Assembly (NCBI GenBank): GCA_016748015.1
Contig: JAAOMT010000460.1
Coordinates: 149,957 to 213,956 of the forward strand
DNA length: 64,000 nt
Direction: 5' to 3'
DNA from: Geosiphon pyriformis uo1
Lineage: Eukaryota > Fungi > Glomeromycota
Shown in pieces: positions 1-13,512 of the stretch. Positions within the stretch are counted from its first letter, which is position 1; every line of letters begins with the position of its first letter. A model generated the notes under the pieces. The model was not told the DNA's origin. It made no database searches and saw only the letters and a list, made by a program, of their open reading frames with translations. The position numbers and the translations under genes are program-made.

Positions 1-1
1 A

Positions 2-3000
2 GAAGAAGAAAGCGGCAAAAAACGACGGGTCCTAGTACCAAAGGTCGAAGAAATTGAGGAGATTGATGAATCCCCGACAGGTGTTGTGGAAGATTTATTC
101 AATCAACTGCGCTTCAGCCAGTGCATCAGGTTATTGATTGAAATTCTGTTATGTTGTTTCTTTTTTAGATAGTTATTTTTAGAAACGCTTTTTGAAGTTA
201 CTGATTTATACACAGATTCCAATTAAACCTATCAATCACTCTTTTAATGTACAGTAAAATAGCATGGTCCTCTCAAAACGTTATTGCCTGGGTGTCACCT
301 AAAGAACGTGACGGAGTTCACATTTTGAAACCGATGCGAAATAATCTCTCCGCATCTGATGTGTATGTGGATAAATGGTCATATCCACAGAACGCATCTC
401 GATCAATGACAATTGACACTGAACAATTTCACGCGGGAAATGACATCGTTAATATCGTGTTCAATCAATTTGGAAATGTATTGGCTTCGATTGATCGTAC
501 CGGGATTATTGTGCTATGGTTTATGGAAGAATTTATTAATGAATGGAAGTCAATTTGGAATGTTGATATAAAAGAACCAGTGGTTGCGTTCTGGTGGCTG
601 GCGATTGAAAGAAAAGTGAGTTATCTAAAGCCATCTCCACATAACGAACAAGCGAAACTTGATCAATGTTTATTTATTATAAACTTTTCGTTTTTCGATT
701 TATAGTGGGAGCTCGCAAACAATTCATATCAGCGTGCACCATTCAAAGGACCTAGAAATCGATTCGGACATCTGGCGTTTGTGGCAGTCACATCAAGTGG
801 GAAGGTATCTTTTCTTTCTGTTATTAGATTAATTAATTCTTCAGATAATATCAAAACCCATTAAATGTTATTTGATTGTACACATAAATTTTTTTTACAA
901 TTATAGCTTTCTTTATTTTATCAACAAGACCGAAGAATCTTTCTAAAAAATACTACACAACTAGAGGTATCTACTAATAGCTTCGTGACCCACACAGATT
1001 ACATCTTAAATAATGGTAATTTTATAAAACAATACCTCTAAATTCTTCGAGTGTTTCGAGAAATATTAATTTTCTCATATACCAATAAAATTAATCTTGG
1101 AATCCGCAGATGGCCGATTTATCCTAGCTACATATAGCGCAAATTCTTTGTCATCTGTTGTAACGATATCCGAAGTATCCATCGATTTATTGTTGCTTGA
1201 TGATGCAAATCAAAAGCCTCAAAGCAGTTCACCTATTGAAAGTCGGACCATTGCTAATATCGATTTATCAGTTACAATGGCAGATCCTGCGGATACAAAA
1301 AATTGTGGACAATTAATTCATTTAAAATTGCTTTCACCGTCTCCGCAAGATAATATTGTTCGTGTAGTTTTGGTGATGGCTGAAGAAAATGGTAAGTGCT
1401 CCATTGATGAATATTTACCCTAAACTTGATAAACAAAAATTTTTCTAATCTAAATTATGTTTGATATTTTATCATTACTTGCAAATATTTACAGAAAAAT
1501 CAGGGAAGAGAATGTACCATAGTAATCTATTATTCTTTGAGTTAAATAAGACGGATTCGGTTCCCACAAAGATAGAAGGAACTAAGAGTTATGACAGACT
1601 TGTAAGTTTATTTCTAACTTTAATCACCATCGTATTTTATCAGGCCTTCTAATAATTTGTAGTCTTATATTAGCTAAATACTCGGTTGCTAGACCGTATT
1701 AATATACCTAAAAGATTAATAACAAGCCTCTGGCAACATCAGACAGAAGTTGTCATAGGTTTTGATAATGGCCAAATTGAGTTTCGTGAATGGTATTTGT
1801 TATTAATCTCATTTTTGATTTTTGCTTTTGTTGTCTAGAATCGATATCAACTTATTATCTTTATTTTTCAATAATAAACTTTTTCATCTTTAGCTCAACC
1901 TTGAACCTAATAATTAATGACGAAGTTTTTATGATCGATGATTTGAAAAACCAGTGCTTACCTAGCTTTAGTGTCTGGGGGATTCATAGTAGCCGAGGTG
2001 ATAGCATTGCCCAATTTACAACATCTCCCAATAGCGCGGTCCTTCTCTGTGTCCGGTCTTCGGGACAGCTTGATTTTATTGATATTGCTGATTCCTCAAT
2101 TTTTAATTATCTGACAAAATTTGATCGAACCTCAATCGTCAGTTTTTTTGCTCCCCTATTGACATTGTCTCTACTGAACAACATTGATCACATTGATTTA
2201 GAAAATGTGCTTATCAAGATTGCACATGAACAAAAAGTGAATGGTATTTGAAGTGGTTATAAGAACTTTTTCTGCTATCTTAAATATTAATCTCTTCTCG
2301 TTTAATTTACAAAGATTTTATCGAGCTGCTTCTTGAAGCAGCTTTTCTGAATATCGTAAGAGTTTTTCCGGATGGATCAAATACATCCCAATCATCTGAG
2401 CTAATGAATAGATTGTTAGGAGTTCAACTTTCCTTACTAAAGGGGCCAGATCAAGATGGCGTGCAATACTTAAACACACTTGCCTTGATGCAGCTAAGAA
2501 CAGTAGATGCCGCTTTCCAGAACAGCTACTCATTCAATAATTCTTTCGCTCACGGTTAGTGAAAAATGGTTAAATTTTATTGATTCAAGAGCCAATTATA
2601 ATTTTTAACAATTCTTATCTAGACTCTCTATTATCTCTGCTTCATTTGAGTTTATGGGTGGTTGATTTTTATGTCAATTTTGTGAAGAACATTTATGTAC
2701 ATTATAACACTTTTCGACAAGGACGAGATTTAGGTAAAATACGTTTATGTTCAACTTAAATGGTTCGCTCCACAATTTTATATCAACCGAGTCCTTCAAT
2801 TTGGAAATTATTTAGCACAAGAGAAATCTCATTTAACCCTGTTTTGCAACAGTCAAACCCGTAAATTACTCAACCGGATTATGGAAGATGTGATTAAATT
2901 AAGAAATTATGTGACCTCGCTTGCAAAAAACAATTCGGGAGAGCCAAAAATCAATGAAATCCGCGATTTTCTTGAGGAGGTATTCACAAAGCGATGTCCT

Positions 3001-3565
3001 ATCACGTGGGAACATTTAGGCGCCTATATTAAAAATGTTTCTGGTCTGGTAGAAAAGGCAATGGAAGGTCTGATCATAATTATTCTCTTTCTTGCCTTAT
3101 CTCTTATTTAATACCATAATTCACGATGAAACTGTTCAATTCAAGAATATGTCTTTGCAATTTGATAAATAGGTGACCCAAATTGGCAGCTGGTCGAATA
3201 TGGCGCTCTACTTCGTTGCGTGGTACCAGCCCATTTGCATACGACCCTACCCGAGTTAGAACAACAATTCAAAATTTTCTCTTCTACCTTCTATTCAAAC
3301 CTCGTTTATTTTTATGAAAACGATTGGGTAAAATCAGTCGATATCATAAATAAAGCTCGAAGCGTTCCAATGGATCGGCAATGCACGCGGTAATTGTTGC
3401 ATATCTTTTAATTTACAAAATGGTTATATACCAAATCACAATTGAAATTTTTTTTCCAGTTGTGGCTGCTTTTCGTCAACAAAGGATTATATACATAGCC
3501 GATGCTCAAAAAATTATATGAGATCTTGTTTGTGTGGAGGGCTATGGAAAAAACTTTCTAAATAA
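2..3565 (+). CDS. MED16: Mediator of RNA polymerase II transcription subunit 16 (Sin4/Med16); multi-exon, start lies upstream of the window
   Basis: Exons joined by GT-AG introns (e.g. 130-215) give IAWSSQNVIAW...VFNQFGNVLASIDRTGIIVLW (WD/beta-propeller N-terminus), RAPFKGPRNRFGHLAFVAVTSSG, and the C-terminal Med16 zinc motif RQCTRCG...RSCLCGGLW ending at TAA 3563-3565. CpG is retained. Confidence 0.88.
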
Positions 3566-3888
3566 GATTTTCTCTCGAAATTTAATTTTTAACATGAATT
3601 CCCATAGCTTATTATAATTAATTAACTTTATATCATAACACTAAATTATTACAGTTTGGAAAATGTTTCGTAAAATAAACAATATTGCAAATTGTTCAGG
3701 TGATTGAATGAGCCTAATGGTTTTCTCTTTCCATCTTTGGAACTACTATTGAATCAATTTGAAAATACCCTCGGGAGTCATGGCCATAAGGTATATTACA
3801 TGCAAGAAATGAAAGCAATCAGAGCAAAGACCAAGAGATTTAATTGACTAACAGATTTCATTTATTGAATCTGAAACGATGTTGAAGA

Positions 3889-5014
3889 TCATGCATTTTG
3901 ATTGAGTTGCGCCAATTGCTTATTATATTCAAGGAGCTCATGGTCATATCGTTCTCTGTCTCGCGCAGCATGCTCTTCAAACACCTGAAATATAGAATTT
4001 TGAAAATAATGAGCTCATTCTTTTACAAACACCCTTTTGCCAAATGATAGTATTACCTTTTTATTTTCGGGCTTTAACGATTTCCACTTCTCCCCGATAA
4101 GTTTACCGCGTTCCATCACCGTTAATTTTGAATTTTCTGGTTGTTTTTGCTGCCAACTAGCAAAACACATATATGAACCTTGAGGTCTTCTGGGAGCATT
4201 TGGATCTCGTATAGGCTTCAATTTTTGAGCTCTACGGCGTATATTCTCCCGAACATAATCAAGGCTTGTCAACGAATCGAGCCAGTTCTTCTCTTCTGCT
4301 TGCCATTCGGCCTTGGCTTGAAGATATTTCTGCTGATATGTCTTGAGATTGAGATTTACAAAAAATTATTCTATGACCAATTAATCTTTAAGATTATACC
4401 CTAACTAGAGGAGGAAATCTATGTAAGACAGGCTGATTTAGAAATTTACCTGTTTCTCCTCATCTCCCAGATTTCTCCAATTTTCTCCAATTTTCTTTGT
4501 GATCTCAGTAATCTTCATGTCAGGATATTTTGCTCTGAATTTAGGCTGCTGCTCCATAAAAAAACGCCCAAAGCTGGTTAGAGGCTTTTTGGGCCCTTTA
4601 AGGGGGGGGGGCAAAGGAGTGCTTCGAGCAACCTTTGAGGTTTTGGCCTTGGAGGATCTTTTTTCTTTCACGACAATAGGATCAGACTTTTGGGGCTCCA
4701 CAGTTTTTGCATTTTCTACAGGTTTTGCAGTTTCTGCAGGTTTGACTGCAGCTGATATAGAGGCTGTCATATCGAGTTAACAGTAGAAAGCTTTGATGAT
4801 TAAATTGGTTCATTAATTCAGGATTTTCGAAACCCTTCGTTGACGAGTTGTTCAACTCACATTTTTTCGTTTCAGCAACCTTTGGAGTATTTGATTTGGG
4901 GTCAGACTTTTTTCCCGTGGTGAAAAAGTGAGGACTGCTAGCAAAGGCACGGGTTGAAACCAGTGGTATCGGAATTAAACGCTCAGTTAGCGTCCTTGAA
5001 AGCGGACGAAACAT
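3889..5014 (-). CDS. Two-HMG-box protein with putative mitochondrial presequence (TFAM/Abf2-like), 4 exons
   Basis: ATG at 5014 gives MFRPLSRTLTERLIPIPLVSTRAFASS (Arg/Ser-rich presequence). HMG1: PKKPLTSFGRFFMEQ...ITKKIGENWRNL. HMG2: DPNAPRRPQGSYMCF...KLIGEKWKSL...ARDRERY. GT-AG introns at about 4860-4764, 4449-4342 and 4056-3985. Stop TGA at 3891-3889. Confidence 0.85.
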
Positions 5015-5538
5015 TAGCAACTGGAAGGTGAAATCAAAAATAGCGTGTGAAGTTATTCTTTGAACTTTAGAATAGCAAAGGGCGGAAGTACAAGAAATAC
5101 AACCGTTAAGGGATATTACAAATGCTACAAAAATTATTTATGTTTAAACCTTGTTGTGTGACGCGTCGGGGTTGTTGTGATCCACATTGATTTATAGATA
5201 AAAGATCTTCAATCTTTTTGTGAAAACCAAAATTTGAAATTTGCGGGTCGAGTCAAGTTTACTTAAAATATAAAATATGCCCAATTTATTATTATTAAAA
5301 TATAATAAATATCAAATTTAATATGATTTCATGCAAAAAACTTAATATAACCAAATAATTTAAATTAAAAAAACTTAAATTTTAATATTTATAATAATAT
5401 TAACAACCAGAATTTTTTACCAAGTATAATTTATTATTATTATTATTTTTATTGAGAGTTTTTTAAATTTAAAATAACAATAATATATTTTTAATAATAA
5501 TTAAAATTAATTCACAGATCGGTTCAAATGATCGACAA

Positions 5539-7612
5539 ATGATAATCAAATTTAGCGGTTATACTTATTATAGTTTTTTCTTCGTTTTTAAATGTTCTGT
5601 CTTTCTTAACATTTGTCATAATATAGCTCAAAGTCAACAATACACTGTAAACCTCCTTGACAAAGGTCTTATTATTTCTGAAACACATTATGGTTTGTTT
5701 ACTCGGAATTGGTGGATTAAGAAACAATTTGAAAATGAGGTTTTTACTATACCTTACCGACTGTATATGCGTGTTGGTTTTAAACTAAACAAACAACAGT
5801 TTATAATGACAATAGTAAAACAAACTAATTGTCAGAAACCTGGCTTTATTTGTACTAATGGTTCAGAATCTAGTAATATTGAAAACTCACCTTCGACTGC
5901 AATCAATACTTTGTATCAAAGTATATTTGGTGTCAAGACAGAATACTCGGGTCTTTCAATCCTTGGTTTCAATAATAAAGCTCTTGTTCAGAAATTAACA
6001 AAAGACATTTCATTTGTACCATTGTTTCTGAAAGTTGACAAACATACAATTGTCTTTCAAAAATTACTATGGTGCAGGAACAGGATATATCTCAACAATA
6101 ATGACAAAGATAAGTGGACAACAACGACTCATTGTACAAGAAATTAACAAGTCTACTTGTTATTTACATATATATCAAGATGAAACATCTATTAGATCAA
6201 TTGAAGGCGAAACACCCAACAACATATGGAAAAAATTAGGAATTCTTACCAAATACGATGGAGAAACCCTTTTTGGTATCAAACATCCTGATACACAATC
6301 CTTATTCCAATCAATGAATTATAAAAAATCATTTGTATGTACACCAAATGAATGGAGTGATGAAAACATACTGAAACGCGTTTTTGACGAGCAGATTAAG
6401 TCAAGAAAAATCCCTATGCAAATGTTAGATTGGAGAATTATTCACCAGCAGCTGTAGCAAATTTATGTAATACAGAGATTGTTAGACCGAGGATACTCAA
6501 AGAGTAGATGATGTTGGAAATCAATCAATGATAGAACTGACTATTGGAGAGGCCAAAAAAAGATCACGAGGTCAGTGTGTTTTCTTGAATTGATTCTAAA
6601 TAAAATAATAAGATTGTTTGATATCAACCTCACATTTGTAAAATATAAATTAAGATGCCGCTGCTTTCAGCCCGAGGTAAGCCTCTTCATTGTGTTCACA
6701 AAGTCTTATATAGAATTTTAATCAAAAGAATCATAGCCTGATCGATCAAGAATACCCACTACCAAAAGGATGGGCGCTAAAACAAAATCAGAAAATGGGT
6801 GGAAAGGGAAAGGGAAAACATATGTCAAAAAAGATAAATATGTTGTTGCAAAGTTTCTTTATAAACGGAAATTCAAACCCTCGAGATCGCATGTCAGCAA
6901 AAGAAATGCAAGTTGAACTTATGAGATTTGTAGAATCAGGAGAGATTGTGCAGAAGGACGTTCCAAAAGTGAATACGATCCAAAATTGGATTGGGAGGTT
7001 TTCTCGTGCTTTTAAAGATACTGCAAATGAACAAGCACGACAAATGTTAGAAATTGGTAGAGCTGGAAGTTCTTCAGGAGATACGATAGTTATAGAAAAT
7101 GAATAATAAGGGAAACCACCTGCAAAATTGATACCATTCTCACCATGTTTCAGTTTTCTTATTTTTGGCCATATTGTTCCCGTAAAAAAACTGTTGAACA
7201 TACCAATCAAGATGATAAAACAATAAATGGGGGTGTGGTTAATCACTTTCCTATGTAAGCTCGACAAACAGCTGCCAAGTTATAACAGAAAAACACTTCA
7301 ATTAACTCTAGTTTGCTCAACAGAAAAGAGAGTGTGGGTGTAATGAAGCCAATAAAGTGTGCTATGGTTATAAGATCTTTGTAAGCTTTCACACTTTTTC
7401 CAAAAAAAGGCATATTACTGACTGTGAAAATTTTGAATCGTTGAATGCTAATAATTTTTACTATATGAATGGGGGCAAAAATGCTGGTTTCCTACATAGC
7501 AAAAGCCGCGAAAAAAAGCAGAATCGCTACTATCTTGTGCACGTGTCTTTATTTACCATTTTTGCAGAGGCAGTAGCTGCTAATAGCATAAAAAACCAGT
7601 GTTCGGTGCCTC
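5539..7612 (+). pseudogene. Frameshifted, internally deleted relic of a DNA-transposon-like gene (FYR-like N-terminal region, GWALK/homeodomain-like C-terminus; possibly Sola3-related)
   Basis: Overlapping ORFs 5539-6147 and 6035-6457 (...GETPNNIWKKLGILTKYDGETLFGIKHP) and 6760-7106 (PKGWALKQNQKMGGKG...LQSFFINGNSNPRDRMSAKEM...TIQNWIGRF). No DDE core is visible between them. The family assignment comes from motif recall only. Confidence 0.45.
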
Positions 7613-8185
7613 TAATAGTAGATCTGCGTAAAAAATAAAGCTTGTTTAATTATATACTTAAATAGTAATATTATTAAAAAAATTTACTAATTTGGTCTTA
7701 AAAATATTTTGCAAAATAATTACTTTTTTAATTTTAAAAAATTTAAATGCTGTTTTTTTATTAAAACTAATTAATAAATAAAAACAGTTTTAATAAACTT
7801 AAAAAGCTTTAAAATAAATAATAACATATTGTTATAAACTAATATAATCAATATTAAAAAAATTTAATATTGTTTTTAATAATTAATTTAATATTAAAAA
7901 TATTATATAAAACCAAAAAACAGTTTTTACATAAATTATTTTAATTTTTAAAAATTTTAAACACCAAAATATAAGTTATTTATTCAAGAAAATTTTAATG
8001 TATTTTAAATTTATTTTATAATAAAAACTTAAAAAATAAATTTATATTAAAAAATATAATAAAGCTTTTTTTTATTGATTTTTTGATTATAAAAAAACTA
8101 AAAAAATATTTTTTTAAATTCGATTTTTTTTATAAGTTTTTTAAGAATCATTATAAAAAAGTTTTTTTAATATATTTAATACTAT

Positions 8186-11100
8186 TTTATTTATTTATTT
8201 TAATTTAATGAATAAAACCCAACTATTATCTAATATATAAAATCAAACTAAGTAATTAACATTAAACATAATTCATATTTTTACTATATGTAATTAATTA
8301 CTTAAATTAAATAAGACATTACTATATATCTATATAAATTATAATCTTATTTTCCAAATTAAAAGAAAAAGATCATAGACTGTATTTTTTAAAATTGATC
8401 ACAAAAGACTTCATAATTTCTAATAAATAAATCATATTATTTAAAAATTTATTTACTAATATATATAACAAACCAGATATTATATTCTTATTTTTGATTA
8501 AATTAATCTTTTCTATATCAACTTTATATCTAAATCTGAAGAGCCAAATTTTTAAACAATACAATTTTATCAAATACTTTATAACTTTCAAAATAATTAA
8601 GATAGATTTTTTATTATTATTAAAAATCATATTAGCTTCCAAAAATTATTTTTTTAGTACAAAACTCTTGTAAATTATAACATACAAATTTACATTTTAA
8701 AATACAAAAAAAAATTGCAAAACAGCAAAAAAAAAAGTATTTCTTTACAAATATTAACATTTTTAATACAAATAAACACATAGTTTAATAGTTTTATTTT
8801 ATTATATAATAAGCACAAAACATTTAAATATGTCTTATTATATAATTTTTTCTTAATTATAATTAACAGTCTTTTATGTACAGCTTTTATTAAATAAATA
8901 TGCAAATTGGCCAACTTTTTATTAGTAAATCTTAATAATATATAAATATAAATATTATACTCATATAATCAATATTTAATTTATATTTTATAATAGTAAA
9001 TCAGAAAACATATTTTAATTAAGGCCAGTTTTTTATTAAGTTTACAAATAAATCTGTACAAATTACAAACAAAGTGACAAATATTACCAGACATAATTAT
9101 ATCTTTAATCATAATAAAATATTTATGCAGATCATATAGCAGAAAAAAAAAGAACAAATAGTCTTATTTATTAATAATTAGCTATGTTGTTTTTCAAAAT
9201 TTTTGAATAAATTTTAATTTTTAATTACTTAACCAAAAAATTTTTGTCTCTAATTAAATTAACAATATATTTTTTTTTATCCAGTAATTATAATAAAAAT
9301 TTAGAACAACAATAACAAATTTTAAAATACAAACATTAATAGCTGCTTGGCTGTTTAAATATACAATTATAACACAAAATACAAAGACACACTCTAATTT
9401 TAAAGCAACAGTTTGTAATTTGGCTAATGTAAAAAACAAAATCCTATTTATTTTAATATTAATACCTATATTTATAACAAAAAAGTAAGTAACAATTTTA
9501 TAAACAATTTTAACAGAACTTATATTCTTTAAAAATCTATTAATATATATTTTAAACATATTTAACCAAATTTTAAACAGTTATCTATATACATCAAAAA
9601 AAATCTCAGATTTCAAAATACTTGATTTTTGCAAATGTCTAATATAGTTAAAACTTATTTTTAAATGCTTATTTTTATACATAAACTTAGATATTTAACC
9701 AAACCAAAAAGACATAAGTCCTTTTAAATTCAATCTTTTTCACTTGTAAAACATTTTTTAGTTTATAATACAGTTTTTTTATATAAAAGCCTGTCATTAA
9801 ATACAACACTAAACCACTTCAAAGAGTAATCAAAACCATAATACAAAAATTTTTTTAAAATATTTGACATTAAAAACTTATTAAGACTATAAAACACATT
9901 AGACAAATTATTATCAAAAATATATTATTTTTAATAAAATTTTAATCATTTTAACAAAAAAATTATTTACAAAACTAATACATAATCTGATAAAATATTG
10001 TAATAGATTTAAAAAACCTATTTTATAATTTGTAAATTCAAAAATTTGTAATCAAAAAAATGTTTAAAAATATTTATAGTATTAAAAAATACAATTACTA
10101 AAGCCAACTTGTTTTAATTTATACTTGCTTAAAAGTCTTTAAACTATACAAAAAATAATAATAAAATACTTTATTAAAAAAGTTTTATAACAAATTGGTC
10201 TTTAATTTAAAACTTTTTCTAATTATAATATTTTATTTATAATATATATTTCTTAAAATAAAATTAAACTGCAAACAATAATTAACTATAGACTGCAAAA
10301 CAGCTAATATCAAATAAAAAAATTATTTATTTGTAATTACTTTTTACAACACAATATTGGCAAAAAACCAAACATTAAAATAAGTTTTAATCAAATTTAA
10401 CTTAAACAGATCTTTAATTGATGAAAAAATCTATGTGTTTTTTTCTTCTTAGTAATTAAAATAAATAAACCACTGATTTTTAATAAAACCATCTTGACAC
10501 TTTAATTAATAAAAATAAATGTTGTCTTTTTGTTGTTAATTAAAACATTATTGATTTTAAAAAATTTATTAATAATGTCTAAAATATACTGAGTAAAAGC
10601 TTGGCAATTTTTAATCTAAATTGTGTTATCTATAAAAGTATTTATTACAAAAAATATAGTTTTTTTCTGCTGTTTTTTATCCTGTCAGTTTTAACAACAA
10701 ATTTAGTATTAATTTAGTACTTACATAAATATTTCTGTTTTTTGATCTTATACAAAAAAAATTATAGAAAATTCTTTAGAAAAGAGAAGAAAAGACTTTA
10801 TTTTAATTTAGTTTATTATGTATCTTATAATTACATAAAAGCCTAAAGTTAATTATTATTCTATTTGTTTTGTTTTTGTGTATATTACTAAAAAAATTAA
10901 TAAACTGGCTGGATATCCTAATGTACTACAAACTAGCTTTCAAATAATATTATTTAACCAAATTATAGATCTTGTACATATTTTGTAAAACTAATTACAG
11001 TTCTCTGTTTTTTCTAAAACATTCTTGATTATTAAGCCAATGATAAACACAAAAAACTGAGTTAATATACTCTTTAAAACTGAAAAATTGTTTTTGCAAA

Positions 11101-13512
11101 AAACATTAAAACTGTTACAAATACTTAAAATATGATCAAATAATATTTTGAACAGAATTTTCTTAGCTGTCTTAATTAAAACAATAGGCTTTATATTATT
11201 AAAATATTATCTTATTTATAAAACTTGAAAATTATTGAAACCTATGCTTTTTTTAAAGAAGTCAGAACATTGTCCAAAGTTAAATAAGAGTTTAGCAAAT
11301 TTAAAAAGCATTTTAATACTAAGTTATCACAATGTTTTCAAAGTTTATTAAATATACTAAACAGATTAGCAGTTTTGTTATTAAGCAAATTATCAATAAT
11401 CAAAACCAACTTTTTTTTGTCAATTTTTTTTATAATTTTAGAAAAAACATTATTATTTATATATCTTAAAAATATATATTAACAAAACCACAAATAAAAT
11501 AATATTGAAAATACAACTTATTTTTTTATCTAATTTTTTATAATCTTATTAAGTTCAACTTTTACTTTGTTTGGTTTTAAAATTAACTCCTCTTTAATTA
11601 TTAAGTAATTCAAAACAATTTTGTAAAAAAGTTATTTCAAACTACTATCTATTATGTATTTTTTATTAAAATTAAAATTTTTCATATGCTTTTTAATTGT
11701 CTTCCTAATAAATATATTCTTAGTTGTCTTTAATTTATAATATTTTGACTTTTTATACTTCTTTTTAATTATTAACAAATATTTAATAATGTTTACTAAT
11801 TTTATATTTTCTTGTTAATTTCAAAAGCTTTTATATTATTAACAGTTAACTAAGTTTCAAAAAAATAATTAAATTTAAGTTTATTGTCTAAAACCAAATT
11901 TTTTACAAGTTTAACTACCAGTAGTTTTAACTTAAAAAACTGTTTGTTTTTTGAATAATTAAACTTATTAAACTAATATTTAGAAAAAATCTTATTAGCT
12001 GAATTAACTACTACTTTTTTTAACATCTTTTATATAGAATTTAAATTATTAAAACTCTTTGTTTTCAAAAATCTATTCAAAAAAATCAAAATTTTAACAA
12101 AAAAACAATTATTAAATTGTGTTTACTTGGCCTTATTTATATCTTTTATATTGAACTTCTAATAATTTTTTTTAGTCTGTTTGTAGATATTATTCAAACA
12201 AATATCTAAAAAATCTTCCAAACTCATTAAAATTTAAACCCAAACAAAACTTGAAATTTGCATTTCTTTTCAACTTATCTTTATTAAAATTCTTACTAAG
12301 AATCACAAAAAAGCTGAAATTAACTGTTTTGATAATAAATAAGTTGATTTTTAAAGCTTGTTTAAACCTAATTTTAGCAAAAACACCAATATACAAATCT
12401 AATATTGTAACTAAAAGCTTACTTCTAAACAAAAACTAAATTAAAATAACTGGTCCAGAATTTTTTTCATATTTGAAATATGTTGAACCAAAAAACTATT
12501 TATAATAATAATTAAATTAATATCAAAATAACCTATATCTAAGCCAAATATAAAAATTCAAACTCCATTAAATCTATTTTTAATTTATAATCTAATATTA
12601 GATCTTAATAATATTTCTGTAATAATTAAAATTATATTGTCAGAATCTATGTGTTAACAAACAATATTTTCTTGTTTAACCAAATTGTTCATATTTTTAA
12701 TATTACAAATAGCTATTTTTTATATTAATTTACTTATTAAAATGAAGAATATAACAACAAATCCAAATTAATACATAACTAATTTAACTTTTCTATAATA
12801 AAATTAATTAAAACATCTAAGACAACTATTTTCAATTCTATGCTTTTTATTTTAATAGAAAAATCTTTAAACTAATTAGTTTTAACATTAAAAAACCCAA
12901 AATACTTAATTATAAAAAGAGAAAATAGTATATATGAACTGTCTATTATCATATATAAGTTTAATTTTATATTAAAATCTGCAGTTTTTACCAAAATAGA
13001 AAAAAAATTACAAGAACATAAAAACTCAAGTTTAAAACATTCAATTTGTAAAAAATACCAGATAATTAATTTGCTAAAAACTTTAAAAACTTTTTTAAAA
13101 ATGTTAAATAGATATTTATAAAGAAAATTATATATAAAAAATATATATTAACAAAGAAAAAAAAACCAGAAAATGAATTACTAATCCAAAAATTATGATA
13201 AATAATAATTAAAACAGAAGATAGAAAAACAATTTGTACTTATAACATGTTTTTAAAAGCTGTAGACTGTAAAATAAATACTTTTTTTTGGCATAAAAAT
13301 AAGTTAACTAAAGTTGATTAGTATTTAAAACAAATTTCTTATAATTTTTTTTTAAAGCAGAAGCAACAGTATTAATAGTATTATATTTAAGAACAAAATG
13401 TTTAAAACATTCATATTTTTTATACCAAACTAAATCTAATTTAACATAAAAAAGTCTTAAATTACTAAAGTTTGGTTCTATGTAAAATACCAAATTCAGA
13501 TTTTTTTGATAT
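8186..13512 (-). mobile_element. Heavily decayed non-LTR retrotransposon (LINE): 3' part of ORF1 plus APE-RT-RNase H ORF2 and 3' tail
   Basis: APE relics KIAICNIKNMNN (~12700) and FVILSKNFN (=VLGGDFN, ~12290). RT region ~10550-11250. RNase H relic TLAKLQTVAL...YLNSQAAINVC (9330-9430). ORF1 zinc-knuckle relic WYKKYECFKHFVLKY (~13400). The 3' tail at 8186-8325 aligns with the tail at 56272-56410. Confidence 0.8.

Noticed and set aside
3889-5014. HMG gene as a mating-type (SexM/SexP or MATA-HMG) locus
   Set aside because: Two boxes of the non-sequence-specific type plus a mitochondrial-type presequence fit TFAM/Abf2 better, and the neighbours are not sex-locus genes.
8373-12439. Short Ile/Lys/Asn/Phe-rich ORFs in AT-rich zones (also 31830, 39064, 42025, 57646, 60588 etc.) as genes or organellar DNA
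   Set aside because: They are mutated fragments of LINE or Gypsy frames, or chance ORFs. No mitochondrial gene motifs are present.
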